Assembly (NCBI GenBank): GCA_965203515.1 | Contig: OZ241907.1 | Location: 2,784,001 to 2,848,000 of the forward strand | DNA length: 64,000 nt | Reading direction: 5' to 3' | Source of the DNA: Spirochaetia bacterium | GTDB lineage: Bacteria; Spirochaetota; Spirochaetia; SZUA-6; Bin103 | Shown: piece after piece, positions 1 to 10,027 of the stretch | Layout: each line of letters begins with the position of its first letter | How positions within the stretch are numbered: position 1 is the stretch's first letter | Program-made: the position numbers and the translations under genes | The notes under the pieces: model-generated | What the model was told of the DNA's origin: nothing | Database searches by the model: none | What the model saw: only the letters and a program-made list of their open reading frames with translations

Positions 1-1
1 C

Positions 2-574
2 GTGCTCGATCTGGCGCTGCCGGGGATCGACGGGCTGACCGTCTGCCGGCGGCTCAAGGACGACGCGCAGACCCGGGCGATTCCGATCCTGATCGTATCG
101 GCCCGCGGCGAGGAGGAGGACGTAATCGCCGGCCTGGAGATCGGCGCGGACGACTACGTCACCAAGCCGTTCAGTCCGCGCGTGCTGGTGGCGCGGGCGC
201 GCGCGCTGCTGCGGCGCGGCGGCGAACCGCTTGGCGGGGCCGGGGCGGCCGGCGCGGACGGGGCCGGCGAGCCGGCAGCCGCGGTCACCGCCGGCCCGGT
301 CCGCGTCGACCCGCAACGCCACGAGGCGACCGTGGACGGCCGGCCACTGCGGCTGACCGCCACCGAGTTTCGGACGCTGCAGTTCCTGACCGAGCGCGCC
401 GGCTGGGTATCGTCGCGGTCCCGCATCGTCACCGGCGTGCACGGCGCCGATTATCCGGTCACCGACCGGTCGGTCGACGTCATCATCGCCTCTTTGCGCA
501 AGAAGCTCGGCGATGAGGCGTGGCGGCTGGAGACGGTGCGCGGCGTAGGGTTCCGGGTGCGTGATGATGCGTGA
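2..574 (+). CDS. OmpR/PhoB-family response regulator (5' truncated by window edge)
   Basis: Receiver motifs LDLALPGIDG and GADDYVTKPFS; winged-helix end RSVDVIIASLRKKL...ETVRGVGF; overlaps the downstream kinase ORF. Confidence 0.93.
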   Translation: MLDLALPGIDGLTVCRRLKDDAQTRAIPILIVSARGEEEDVIAGLEIGADDYVTKPFSPRVLVARARALLRRGGEPLGGAGAAGADGAGEPAAAVTAGPVRVDPQRHEATVDGRPLRLTATEFRTLQFLTERAGWVSSRSRIVTGVHGADYPVTDRSVDVIIASLRKKLGDEAWRLETVRGVGFRVRDDA

Positions 575-1827
575 TTCGAGGCGTGATTGAGGCGAGAGGC
601 GGTCGCCGTGTGACGGCCGCGCGCGCGGCCGGCGCCGCGGTCGCCGCGCTGGGCATCGCCGCCGCGGCGCTGCTGCCGGCGGAGGCGCTGGGGCCGGGGG
701 TCGCGCGGCTGGCGCTGGCGCTGCTCGGCGCGGCGGTCGCCGTGCTGGCGTGGGCTCTGCGCCGCGTGCGGATGGCGGAGGCGCGCGCCCGGCAGGACGC
801 CGGCGCGACCGCCGCGGAGGCGCGCAACGCCCGCCGGGTGGAACGCCTGCTCGCCCAGCTTCCCGACGCGGTGGTGGCCGTGGACCCGCGCGGCGTCATC
901 TGCATCGCCAATGCGGCGGCGGCCGGGCTGCTGGGGGTGCGTCCCGAACACGTCGGCCGCCCGTTCGCGGAAGCGCTGCCGGCGCCGTCGCTGCGCGCCA
1001 TCCTGGCGCCGGTGCTGGAGGGCGCCTCCGATCACGGCGGCGGCGATCTGGCCGACCTGGCGCCGAACGCGGTGATCCACGTCCGCGTGAGCCGGGTACG
1101 TGCCGACGGCGACGGCTGGATGATCCTGCTCTGTGCGACCGATGCGACCCGGCTGCGCCGGCTGGAGCGGCTGCGGCACGACTTCGTGGCCAACGTCTCG
1201 CACGAGCTGCGCACGCCGATCACCGCCATCAAGGGGTTCGTGGAGACGATGCTCGACCGCCGCCTGTATCGCGGCTCCCACGGCAAACGGTTCCTGCGCA
1301 TCGCCAGCGCGCAGGCCGCGCGGCTGCACGCGCTGGTGGAGGACCTCCTGAGCCTGTCCCGCATCGAGCAGGACGACCCCGGCGGCATCGACGCCACCGC
1401 GCAGCCGCTCGCCCCGATCGTCATGCGGGCGATCGACGCCTGCCGGGAGCGGTTCGACACCCGCCGCGTGCGCGTCGACGTCGACGGCGTGCGGGTGCGC
1501 GCCAACGCCCCTCTGCTGGAACGGGCGCTGGTGAACCTGCTGGAGAACGCGCTGCTCCACGGCGGCAAGGGAAGCGCGGTGCGCGTCAGCGCGCGCTCCG
1601 AGGGAGGCGTGCGGATCGACGTGGCCGACGACGGACCCGGCATCGCCGCCGAGCACCTGGATCGGCTGTTCGAGCGGTTCTATCGCGTCGACCGCGATGC
1701 GCGCATCCCCGGATCGGGCCTGGGACTGGCGATCGTCAAGCACGTCGCGCAGGCGCACGGCGGCCGCGTCAGCGTCACCAGTGAGATCGGTTCCGGGAGC
1801 ACGTTTACGCTGCACCTTCCGGCGTAG
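571..1827 (+). CDS. PhoR-like sensor histidine kinase (TM-PAS-HisKA-HATPase); start uncertain
   Basis: FVANVSHELRTPITAIKGFVETM H-box, NLLENA N-box, DDGPGI, FERFYRVD, GSGLGLAIVKH. Confidence 0.92.
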   Translation: MIRGVIEARGGRRVTAARAAGAAVAALGIAAAALLPAEALGPGVARLALALLGAAVAVLAWALRRVRMAEARARQDAGATAAEARNARRVERLLAQLPDAVVAVDPRGVICIANAAAAGLLGVRPEHVGRPFAEALPAPSLRAILAPVLEGASDHGGGDLADLAPNAVIHVRVSRVRADGDGWMILLCATDATRLRRLERLRHDFVANVSHELRTPITAIKGFVETMLDRRLYRGSHGKRFLRIASAQAARLHALVEDLLSLSRIEQDDPGGIDATAQPLAPIVMRAIDACRERFDTRRVRVDVDGVRVRANAPLLERALVNLLENALLHGGKGSAVRVSARSEGGVRIDVADDGPGIAAEHLDRLFERFYRVDRDARIPGSGLGLAIVKHVAQAHGGRVSVTSEIGSGSTFTLHLPA

Positions 1828-1929
1828 GCCTCTCGTGGTAGACCATCGTAAAGCCGAAGTAGAGCAGCATGATGCAGTTCAGCTCGATCAGGGACATGAT
1901 CGACGAGGCAGCGGCATGGTGGAGGCGGC

Positions 1930-2889
1930 ATGGTGGAGGCGGGCGCGGGACCGGCGCTCGACCGGCACGGCGTGATCGCGGGCACGCTGCCGGTGGTGGC
2001 GACGCCCTTCACGGAGGGCGGCGCGGCGGTCGACCGGAGTTCGCTGCGCCGGCTGGTCGACTACGTGGCGGCCGCCGGCGCCGATGGGCTGGTCTACCCC
2101 GGCGTTGCCAGCGAGTTCGACCGGTTGAGCGTCGCGGAACGGTCCTCCGCCCTGGAAACGGTCGTCGACGCGGCCGCCGGACGGCTGCCGGTGATCGCCG
2201 GCGCCAGCAGCGACGATCCGCGCGCGGCGGCGCAACTCGCGCGCCGCGGCCGGCAGCTCGGCGCCGCCGCCGCCATGGTGATGGCGCCGCGCGCGCTCGG
2301 CGGCGCCGCCGGCCGGTTGATCGAGTTCTTCACCTTGGTAGCGGCGGAGGGCGGCCTGCCGCTGGTGCTGCAGAACGCACCGCCGCCGGTCGGCGCGGGG
2401 CTGGCGGCCGCGGAGGTGATCGCCGTCGCGCGCGCGGTGCCGGCCGTGCGGACCGTGAAGGAAGAGACGCTGCCGTCGGGGCAGCGCATCACCGAGCTGC
2501 TGGCGCTGGCGCCGCCGACGGTCGAAAGCGTGATCGGCGGCGCCGGCGGCCGCCATCTGGTCGATGAGCTGCTGCGCGGCGCCGGCGGGACGATGCCGGC
2601 CTGTGAGGTGTGCGAAGTGCATGCGGCGATGGTCGCCGCGCACCGCGGCGGCGACGAACGGCGCCTGCGCGCGCTGTTCGCACGGGTCCTGCCGCTGCTC
2701 AACATGCAGGCGGTGTTCCGCATGAGCCTGACCAAGGCCGCCCTGCGCCGGCGCGGCCTGATCCGCTGCGAGGCGGTGCGCGGCGCGGTCCCGGCCCTCG
2801 ACGACCGGGACCGCGCCGAACTGGCCTTCCTGCTCGACGAGCTGAGCGATCTGCTGATCGAGCCGCCCGTGACCGCAACGGTCGCATGA
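1930..2889 (+). CDS. DapA/NAL-family class I aldolase or dehydratase (sugar-acid catabolism)
   Basis: PVVATPF, GVASEF, VKEE Schiff-base Lys; ATGA overlap with the next gene. Confidence 0.85.
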   Translation: MVEAGAGPALDRHGVIAGTLPVVATPFTEGGAAVDRSSLRRLVDYVAAAGADGLVYPGVASEFDRLSVAERSSALETVVDAAAGRLPVIAGASSDDPRAAAQLARRGRQLGAAAAMVMAPRALGGAAGRLIEFFTLVAAEGGLPLVLQNAPPPVGAGLAAAEVIAVARAVPAVRTVKEETLPSGQRITELLALAPPTVESVIGGAGGRHLVDELLRGAGGTMPACEVCEVHAAMVAAHRGGDERRLRALFARVLPLLNMQAVFRMSLTKAALRRRGLIRCEAVRGAVPALDDRDRAELAFLLDELSDLLIEPPVTATVA

Positions 2890-4058
2890 CCGCCACGGTC
2901 GCCGGCGTCGAGTCGTTCGTACTCACCCTGCCCCGCGGCCAGCCGTATCTGGGACCCCTGGGCGCGGGAGAGACGGTCAACGCCAAGGGCTACTTCGTAC
3001 GCGCGCGCAATCGCACGGTCTACTCCACCGTCGACCGCTCGGTGCTGGTGCGGATCACGGCGGACGACGGCGCCGAAGGGTGGGGCGAGACCTATGGGCT
3101 GGCGGCGCCGGGCGCCACCATCGCCATCATCGACGATCTGCTCGCCGACTTCGTCACCGGCCGCGACCCGTTCGAGGCGGCGGCGATCCACGACGATCTC
3201 TACGACCTGATGCGGGTCCGGGGCTACGTCGGCGGCTTCTACCTCGATGCGCTGGCCGCCATCGACATCGCCCTGTGGGATCTGGCCGGCCGGCTGAGCG
3301 GGAGGCCGCTGGTGCAGCTGCTCGGTGAGCAGCGGCGCACCGCGATCCCGGCCTACGTCAGCGGTCTGCCGGCGGCCACGCTGGCCGAACGGATCGCCAT
3401 TGCGGTCACGTGGCGTGAGCGCGGATTCGATGCCGTGAAGTTCGCCGACGCGGTGGCCGACCGGGGGCCGGTGGCGGAGCTGGCGGCGCTCCGCCGTGCG
3501 CTCGGCGCCGCCGTACGGATCGGCGTCGACCTCCACTGGCGCTACCGTCCGGACGAAGCGATCCGGGTGATCCGCGCCATGGAACCGCACGATCCATGGT
3601 TCGCCGAAGCGCCGGTGATGCCGGAAGATGTCTCCGCGCAAGCCGCCGTCGCGCACGGCGTGCGCACGCCGGTCGCGATCGGCGAAGAGTGGCGCACCGT
3701 CCACGACGCGAAACCGCGCTTCGAGCGCGGCTTTCCCGCCATCGTCCAGCCGGAGATGGGGCATACCGGACCGACCGAGTTCATGCGGATCGCCGCCCTG
3801 GCGGCCCGACACGGGATCACCGTCGCCCCGCATGCCACCATCGGCGCCGGCATCTTCCTCGCCGCCAGTCTGCACGCCAGCGCAGCCGTCGCCGGCCTGG
3901 GGCTGCATGAGTTCCAACACTCCGTTCTGCGGCCGAATCGTGACCTGCTGGAGGGGATGCCGGACTGCGTCGACGGCGCGTACCGGCTTCCGTCCGGCCC
4001 GGGACTCGGCGTCCGGCCGGGAGCCCGGGTGCGCCGGATGATCGGACTCCCGGCGTAG
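2886..4058 (+). CDS. Mandelate racemase/muconate lactonizing enzyme family (enolase superfamily) dehydratase
   Basis: GWGE, AAIDIALWDLAGR, metal ligands DLHW / EAP / GEE, GPGLG; start taken at ATG 2886 overlapping the upstream stop. Confidence 0.9.
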   Translation: MTATVAGVESFVLTLPRGQPYLGPLGAGETVNAKGYFVRARNRTVYSTVDRSVLVRITADDGAEGWGETYGLAAPGATIAIIDDLLADFVTGRDPFEAAAIHDDLYDLMRVRGYVGGFYLDALAAIDIALWDLAGRLSGRPLVQLLGEQRRTAIPAYVSGLPAATLAERIAIAVTWRERGFDAVKFADAVADRGPVAELAALRRALGAAVRIGVDLHWRYRPDEAIRVIRAMEPHDPWFAEAPVMPEDVSAQAAVAHGVRTPVAIGEEWRTVHDAKPRFERGFPAIVQPEMGHTGPTEFMRIAALAARHGITVAPHATIGAGIFLAASLHASAAVAGLGLHEFQHSVLRPNRDLLEGMPDCVDGAYRLPSGPGLGVRPGARVRRMIGLPA

Positions 4059-4066
4059 CGGCAGCC

Positions 4067-4088
4067 GCTTGCCGGCGCTCCGGCAAGC
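4067..4088. terminator. Perfect 9-bp stem-loop between the dehydratase gene and gltA (possible terminator)
   Basis: GCTTGCCGG-CGCT-CCGGCAAGC; no U-tract. Confidence 0.4.
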
Positions 4089-4129
4089 TCCTAAGATGGC
4101 GGCACGTCAGGTTCGGAGGCTCACAGGAC

Positions 4130-5416
4130 ATGGCCGACACGGCCCGCATTGCGCTGGACGGCAAAGAACTGGATCTACCGGTGGTACGCGGTTCCGAGGG
4201 GGAGGTCGGCGTCGACATCGCGGCGCTGCGCAGCGTCAGCGGCGTGATCACCGTCGATCCGGGGTATGCAAACACCGGCTCCTGCCGCAGCGGGATCACC
4301 TTCATCGACGGCGAGCGGGGCGTGCTGCGCTACCGCGGCATCCCGATCGAACAGCTTGCCGAGCGCAGCCACTTCCTGGAGACCGCCATGCTGCTGCTCG
4401 ACGGCGAGCTGCCGACCCGCGCGGCGCTCGACACGTTCAGGGGCCAGATCACCTATCACACGATGGTGCACGAAGACGTGCGCAGCTTCTACGAGGGGTT
4501 CCCGAAGAGCGCGCACCCGATGGCGATCTGCGGCGCCGTGGTGGGGGCGCTCTCCACGTTCTATTCCGACTCGCTCGACATGCACGACGAGCGGCAGGTG
4601 GAGATCTCCATCCAGCGGCTGATCGCCAAGCTGCCGACCATCGTCGCCTACTCCTACAAGCACTCGATCGGTCAGCCGTTCATGTACCCGCGCAACGACC
4701 TGGGGTACGCGGCGAACTTCCTGCACATGATGTTCGCCACCCCGTGCGAGGAGTACGTCGTCGATCAGCAGATCGCCCGCACGATGGATACCATCTTCCT
4801 GCTGCACGCCGACCATGAACAGAACTGCTCGGCCAGCACCGTACGCATGGTCGGCAGCTCCATGGCCAACCTGTTCGCCTCCATCGCCGCCGGCGTGCAC
4901 GCGCTGTGGGGCCCGCTGCACGGCGGCGCCAACCAGGCGGTGGTGGAGATGTTGCAGCAGATCCTGGCGACCGGGGACCGCGGCTCCGACTACCTCGACA
5001 AGGTCAAGAACCGGGTCGCCGGCGTGCGGCTGATGGGCTTCGGGCACCGCGTCTACAAGAACTTCGATCCGCGCGCGAAGATCCTCAAGAAGCTCTGCTT
5101 CGAGGTGCTCGACCGGGTGCATGCCTCCACCCCGCTGCTCGACCTGGCCGTGGAGCTGGAGGAGATCGCGCTGCGCGACGAGTACTTCATCTCGCGCAAG
5201 CTCTATCCGAACGTCGATTTCTACTCCGGGATCATCCTGCAGGCGCTGGGGATCCCGGTCGACATGTTCCCGACCCTGTTCACGATCGGCAGGCTGCCGG
5301 GCTGGATCGCGCACTGGCACGAGATGATCCGCGACCCGGACGCGCGGCTGGCGCGGCCGCGCCAGATATACACCGGGCCCACCCAGCGCGACTACCTGGC
5401 GATCGACGACCGGTAG
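4130..5416 (+). CDS. gltA: Citrate synthase (type II)
   Basis: LHADHEQNCS, LWGPLHGGAN, LMGFGHRVYKNFDPRA, YPNVDFYSG, RPRQIYTG. Confidence 0.97.
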   Translation: MADTARIALDGKELDLPVVRGSEGEVGVDIAALRSVSGVITVDPGYANTGSCRSGITFIDGERGVLRYRGIPIEQLAERSHFLETAMLLLDGELPTRAALDTFRGQITYHTMVHEDVRSFYEGFPKSAHPMAICGAVVGALSTFYSDSLDMHDERQVEISIQRLIAKLPTIVAYSYKHSIGQPFMYPRNDLGYAANFLHMMFATPCEEYVVDQQIARTMDTIFLLHADHEQNCSASTVRMVGSSMANLFASIAAGVHALWGPLHGGANQAVVEMLQQILATGDRGSDYLDKVKNRVAGVRLMGFGHRVYKNFDPRAKILKKLCFEVLDRVHASTPLLDLAVELEEIALRDEYFISRKLYPNVDFYSGIILQALGIPVDMFPTLFTIGRLPGWIAHWHEMIRDPDARLARPRQIYTGPTQRDYLAIDDR

Positions 5417-5443
5417 GGCCGCCGCGGGCGCGGCAGGTCCGGC

Positions 5444-5974
5444 TCAGGCGGTGTCCTGGTAGACGCGGCTGCCGGCCGCGTCGCGCTGGTGCTGGTACTT
5501 GCCGCGGTATGGCCGCGTCGCCGGCCGGTCCATGCGGGCGAACACGATCTGACAGATGCGCCGGCCGGCGGTGAGACGGATCGGCAGTCGGTTGGCGTTG
5601 AACAGCTCCAGCGTGATCGTGCCGTCGAAGCCGGGATCGACCCAGCCGGCGTTCTGGATGAACAGCCCGATGCGGCCGATCGAGCTGCGCCCTTCGACGA
5701 AGGCGATCAGGTCGTCCGGCAGACGGATGCGCTCGCGGGTGACCGCCAGCAGGAACGACTGGGGAGGGATGACGATCTGCTGCGCGCGCAGATCGACGTA
5801 GCGAACCGGTTCGGTGAGCGAGATGCTGTCGGACCGGTTCTCGTCGACTTTCAGGAAATGGTCGCCGAGCCGCAGGTCCACGGAGGCCGGCTGGAGCTGG
5901 TACTCCTCGAGCGGCTCGATCTCCACCGTGCCGTCCGCCAGCAGCTCGCGCATGGTCGCGTCGGAGACGATCAT
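5444..5974 (-). CDS. dcd: dCTP deaminase
   Basis: QPASVDLRL, EGRSSIGRIGL, AGWVDPGFDGTITLE, RICQI, YRGKYQ. Confidence 0.96.
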   Translation of the reverse strand: MIVSDATMRELLADGTVEIEPLEEYQLQPASVDLRLGDHFLKVDENRSDSISLTEPVRYVDLRAQQIVIPPQSFLLAVTRERIRLPDDLIAFVEGRSSIGRIGLFIQNAGWVDPGFDGTITLELFNANRLPIRLTAGRRICQIVFARMDRPATRPYRGKYQHQRDAAGSRVYQDTA

Positions 5975-6016
5975 CGCTCAACCGTTCGCGGCGGGCGCCG
6001 GAGCCCCGTGCGGGAG

Positions 6017-6089
6017 TGGAGGATAGGGGACTCGAACCCCTGACCTATAGATTGCGAACCTATCGCTCTACCATCTGAGCTAATCCCCC
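6017..6089 (-). tRNA. tRNA-Ala(CGC), CCA not encoded
   Basis: Reverse complement GGGGGATTAGCTCAGATGGTAGAGCGATAGGTTCGCAATCTATAGGTCAGGGGTTCGAGTCCCCTATCCTCCA forms a cloverleaf with G3:U70 and anticodon CGC. Confidence 0.96.
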
Positions 6090-6263
6090 GTCGGGCGGTG
6101 ACACAACGTAGCAGGATACCACTCCCCTCGACAAACCGCCGCGCGGCGGTCCTGAAGCCCGCTGCGCGCGCTGCGCGGCCGGGCCCCTACTCTGTCCATC
6201 GGCACGACGGTACTCTCAGTACAGCGCGATGCGGGGAACGGCCGGAGCCCTCCCCCATGCTGG

Positions 6264-8141
6264 ATGACTGCACCCATGCCGGATGACGACGTGCCCGATG
6301 GCGATCTTCGCGCCGCCGCCGCGCGGCTGCCGCAGGCGCCGGGCGTCTACCTCTTCAAGGACTCGTCCGGCTCGGTACTCTACGTGGGCAAGGCCAAGAA
6401 GCTGCGCTCGCGCGTGAGCAGCTACTTCAACCGGGGGCAGCACGACCCCAGGGCCCTGCTGCTGGCGGCCCGCACCGCTTCGATCGAGACGGTGCTGACC
6501 GCCAGCGAGTCGGAGGCGTTCCTGCTGGAGAACTCGCTCATCAAGCGCTTCGCGCCGCGCTACAACATCAACCTCAAGGACGGCAAGTCCTATCCGGTGA
6601 TCCGGCTTACCGCCGAAGAGTTCCCGCGGGTCTACCGGACCCGCACGATCGTGTTCGACGGCTCCGAGTACTTCGGGCCGTTCGCCAAGGCCAACCGGAT
6701 CGACGTCTATCTCGACCTGATCGATCGCCTGTTCCCGCTGCGCAAGCGCGGCGAGGTGTTCAGGAGCCGCCCCGCTCCCTGCCTGAACCACTACATCGAC
6801 CGCTGCGCCGCGCCCTGCATCGGCGCCATCGACGCTGAGCGGTACGCCGAGCGCGTGCATGCGGTCCGCAAGCTGGTCTCCGGTCGGGCGGACGACCTGA
6901 GCCGCGACCTGGCGCGGCAGATGAAGCAGGCGGCGGACGAGCAGCGATTCGAACGCGCCGCGGCGATCCGCGACCAGCTGCAGGCGATCCGGGACGTCAC
7001 CGAGCAGCAGCACGTCGCCGGCGTGGAAGCCGACGCGCGCGACTACGTCGGACACGTTCCCGGCCACGACTGGCACCGGTTCCTGGTGCTGCAGTTCCGG
7101 GGCGGCAACCTGGTCGGCCGGGAGCGGTTCCACGTGCAGGACCCGGGGCCGCGCTCGAACGCGGAAGCGGCGCGTTCCCGCTTCCTGCTCGACTACTACG
7201 GCGGCCGCACCGCGGCGCTGGCCGGGTTGTCGATCTATACGCGTGACGTGGAGGAGCCGGCCGCGCTGGCGGACGCGTTGGGCCGGCTGCTGCCGACCGA
7301 CTCGCCGCGGCGGCCGGCCGCGCCGCGCCTGCGCGTCCCCAAGCGCGGCCGGCACGCGCAGATCCTGCGGCTGGCCGAGTCCAACGCCCGCCAGGACGCG
7401 GAGCGGGCCAATCCGGGCATCGACCGCGAGAGCGGCGTCGAGGAGCTGCGCCGGGAGCTGCGCCTGCCGCTGCCGCCGCGGCGGATCGAGGGCTTCGACA
7501 TCTCCCATCTGGGCGGGCGCGACACCGTGGCGTCGCTGGTGGTGTTCGACGCGGGATGGCCGGCGAAAGGCGAGTACCGGCACTTCAAGATCCGCTCGCT
7601 GGGCGGCCGGGTCGATGACTTCGAGGCGATGCGCGAGGTGGTCGCGCGGCGCTACGCCCGCGTGCTCAACGATCGCCTGCCCCGCCCGGATCTGGTGCTG
7701 GTGGACGGCGGCGCCGGCCAGGTGAGCGCCGCCAAGGGGATCCTCGATGGTCTTGGGCTGGCCGATCTGCCGCTGGCCGGCTTGGCCAAGCGCAACGAGG
7801 AGATCTACCTGCCGGGCCGCAGCGATCCGGTGGCGCTGCCCGAAGGGAGCGCCGCGCTGCGGCTGGTGCAGGCGGTGCGGGACGAATCGCACCGCTTTGC
7901 GACCGGCTATCACAAGCGCCTGCGCACCAAACGGGTGGCGCGCTCGGTGCTGGAGGAGGTGGCCGGCATCGGACCGGTGCGCAGCCGGCGCTTGCTGCAG
8001 CGGTTCGCTTCGGTGGCCGGGGTGGCGCAGGCTACGCCACAGGAGATCGCCAGCTGCGCCGGCGTCAGTCCGGAAACAGCCGCCACGCTCCTTGCCCACC
8101 TCGAGCTACGACGTAGTAGAGCGCCAGCCGGAGCAGGCTGA
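6264..8141 (+). CDS. uvrC: Excinuclease ABC subunit C
   Basis: PGVYLF...YVGKAKKLRSRVSSYF GIY-YIG domain, UVR domain, IEGFDISH, LVLVDGGAGQ, RDESHRFA, HhH. Confidence 0.96.
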   Translation: MTAPMPDDDVPDGDLRAAAARLPQAPGVYLFKDSSGSVLYVGKAKKLRSRVSSYFNRGQHDPRALLLAARTASIETVLTASESEAFLLENSLIKRFAPRYNINLKDGKSYPVIRLTAEEFPRVYRTRTIVFDGSEYFGPFAKANRIDVYLDLIDRLFPLRKRGEVFRSRPAPCLNHYIDRCAAPCIGAIDAERYAERVHAVRKLVSGRADDLSRDLARQMKQAADEQRFERAAAIRDQLQAIRDVTEQQHVAGVEADARDYVGHVPGHDWHRFLVLQFRGGNLVGRERFHVQDPGPRSNAEAARSRFLLDYYGGRTAALAGLSIYTRDVEEPAALADALGRLLPTDSPRRPAAPRLRVPKRGRHAQILRLAESNARQDAERANPGIDRESGVEELRRELRLPLPPRRIEGFDISHLGGRDTVASLVVFDAGWPAKGEYRHFKIRSLGGRVDDFEAMREVVARRYARVLNDRLPRPDLVLVDGGAGQVSAAKGILDGLGLADLPLAGLAKRNEEIYLPGRSDPVALPEGSAALRLVQAVRDESHRFATGYHKRLRTKRVARSVLEEVAGIGPVRSRRLLQRFASVAGVAQATPQEIASCAGVSPETAATLLAHLELRRSRAPAGAG

Positions 8142-9081
8142 GCTGCATGTGCTGCGCGGCGGAGCGGATGCGCACGTCGAACTCGGCCAGCGCCAGCAGG
8201 ATCGCCTGCAGCTCCGCGGCGCGGTAGCGATCGGCCGCGCGGGCGATGCTGGCCTGCGCCCGCTTGCCGGACACCTTGAGCTGCCGCCACGCCTGCTGCC
8301 GGTCCATGCGGGGCAGCAGCTTCTGCAGATCGGCCGCCTTGCGGAACTGGGACGCCAGTCCGCCGAGCAACTGGGACGGGGTCGTTTGCCGGGTCAACAT
8401 GATCGCCTGCAGGGCGCGGATGCCGGCGGACAGGTCGCGGCTGCCCAGGTGATCGAACAGGGTGAACACCGTCTCGGCGCGGCTGTGATGTACCCAACGG
8501 TCGACCTGCTCCACGCCCAGGGTGGTCCGTTCGCCGGCAAACGCCTTGTGCATGGCGGCCAGCGCCGTGCACTCGCTCTCCAGCGCCGCCGATGAGGAGC
8601 CGACGATCTCGTTCAGGGTCTCCACCGCCTCTTTGTCGATGGCGATCCCGCGTTCGCGAAAGAACGCGTTTATCGTGCGCCGCCGCTGATCGGGAAAGCG
8701 CTCCCAGAACACCCGGCGGCGGGAGGCCGGGATCGCGTCCTGCAGTCCCTTGGCGACGCGCAGCTCCTCGGTCTCGATCACCAGCGTGGTCCCGGCGGCG
8801 GGACCGCGGCAGTAGTCGGCCAGCGCCGCGGCTTCGGCCGCCTTCAACGATTCCGCCTGGCCAAGCACCACCAGCCGCCGCGGCGCGAACAGGCTGGGCG
8901 TGCGCAGCGACGCGATCACCTCCACGATGACGGTGTCGAACGGATAGTGGCGCTCGATAGCCAGCGGGGCGCCGCCGGCGCTGCGCTGGAGCAGCGCGCG
9001 CAGCCGCTCGACCGACCGGCGCTTCTCGCCGGTGTCCGGTCCGCAGAACAGATAGGTGGGCGCCGCCTTCTCATCAGCCAT
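8065..9081 (-). CDS. holA: DNA polymerase III delta subunit
   Basis: YLFCGPD, SLFAPRRLVVL, TVFTLFD; size and position after lexA. Confidence 0.85.
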   Translation of the reverse strand: MADEKAAPTYLFCGPDTGEKRRSVERLRALLQRSAGGAPLAIERHYPFDTVIVEVIASLRTPSLFAPRRLVVLGQAESLKAAEAAALADYCRGPAAGTTLVIETEELRVAKGLQDAIPASRRRVFWERFPDQRRRTINAFFRERGIAIDKEAVETLNEIVGSSSAALESECTALAAMHKAFAGERTTLGVEQVDRWVHHSRAETVFTLFDHLGSRDLSAGIRALQAIMLTRQTTPSQLLGGLASQFRKAADLQKLLPRMDRQQAWRQLKVSGKRAQASIARAADRYRAAELQAILLALAEFDVRIRSAAQHMQLSLLRLALYYVVARGGQGAWRLFPD

Positions 9082-9136
9082 CGGGATCAGCCGTGTTCGG
9101 CGCGGAGCGGGCGTCGCGCGCCGCCGCAGCGCCGAG

Positions 9137-9742
9137 TCAGCGGTAGTCGCGCATCAGGCGCGCCAGCTTGCCCAGGATACGGAGATCGGTAGTGGCGTAG
9201 ATGTCCGGGTAGGCGTCATTCGCCGCCCGCAGGCATACCTGCCGGCTCTCCTTGTAGAACATCTTCAGCGTCGCGGCGTCGTCGATCACCGCCACCACGA
9301 TGTCGCCATTGTTGGCGTTCGGCTGCCGCCGGATCACCGCCAAGTCACCGTCGTGGATGCCGGCGTCGAGCATGCTGTCGCCGCGCACGCGCAGCGCGAA
9401 GTGCTCCCCGGAGCCGAGGCTGGACCGCGCCATCGGATAGGTGCCGTCCAGGTTTTCCTCGGCGAGCAACGGCTGTCCGGCGACCACGGTGCCGAGCACC
9501 GGTACGTAGACGATCTCCGACTCTTCGGCGTCCTGCCGCCTGATCGTGATCGCCCGTGACCGACGGCTGCCGCGGCTGATGTAGCCCTTGCGCTGCAGCG
9601 TCCGCAGGTGGTCGTACGCGCCCTTGACGGTAATGCCCAGGTGGGCCGCCACTTCGCGTACCGTCGGCGCAAAGCCGTGCTGGTCGCGGTGGCTTACGAG
9701 GAACCGAAAGGTCTGCGCCTGACGCGGCGTCAGGCCGTTCAC
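9137..9742 (-). CDS. lexA: SOS repressor LexA
   Basis: LTPRQ...PTVREVA HTH, VAG cleavage site, VRGDSM, ATLK. Confidence 0.96.
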   Translation of the reverse strand: MNGLTPRQAQTFRFLVSHRDQHGFAPTVREVAAHLGITVKGAYDHLRTLQRKGYISRGSRRSRAITIRRQDAEESEIVYVPVLGTVVAGQPLLAEENLDGTYPMARSSLGSGEHFALRVRGDSMLDAGIHDGDLAVIRRQPNANNGDIVVAVIDDAATLKMFYKESRQVCLRAANDAYPDIYATTDLRILGKLARLMRDYR

Positions 9743-10017
9743 GATGCGGTGTCCGGCGCCTGGAACTTGCTCTCCACCAGGCGGACCAGCGCTTCGACCG
9801 CCTCCACCTCGTCCGCGCCGGTGGCGATGACGCGCAGCGACGTCCGATAGGCGGCGCCCAGGGCGATGATCCCCATGATCGACTTGCCGTTGACCCGTTC
9901 GCCGTCCTTTTCCAGGTAGATGTCGGCCTGAAAGCGGTTGGCGGCCCGCACCAGCAGCGCTGCCGGCCGTGCGTGGACGCCGGCCCGGTTCGCGATTCTC
10001 ACCTCACGCTCGACCAT
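9739..10017 (-). CDS. ptsH: Phosphocarrier protein HPr
   Basis: GVHARPAA (His15), NGKSIMGI (Ser46). Confidence 0.96.
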   Translation of the reverse strand: MVEREVRIANRAGVHARPAALLVRAANRFQADIYLEKDGERVNGKSIMGIIALGAAYRTSLRVIATGADEVEAVEALVRLVESKFQAPDTAS

Positions 10018-10027
10018 CAGGACCGAC

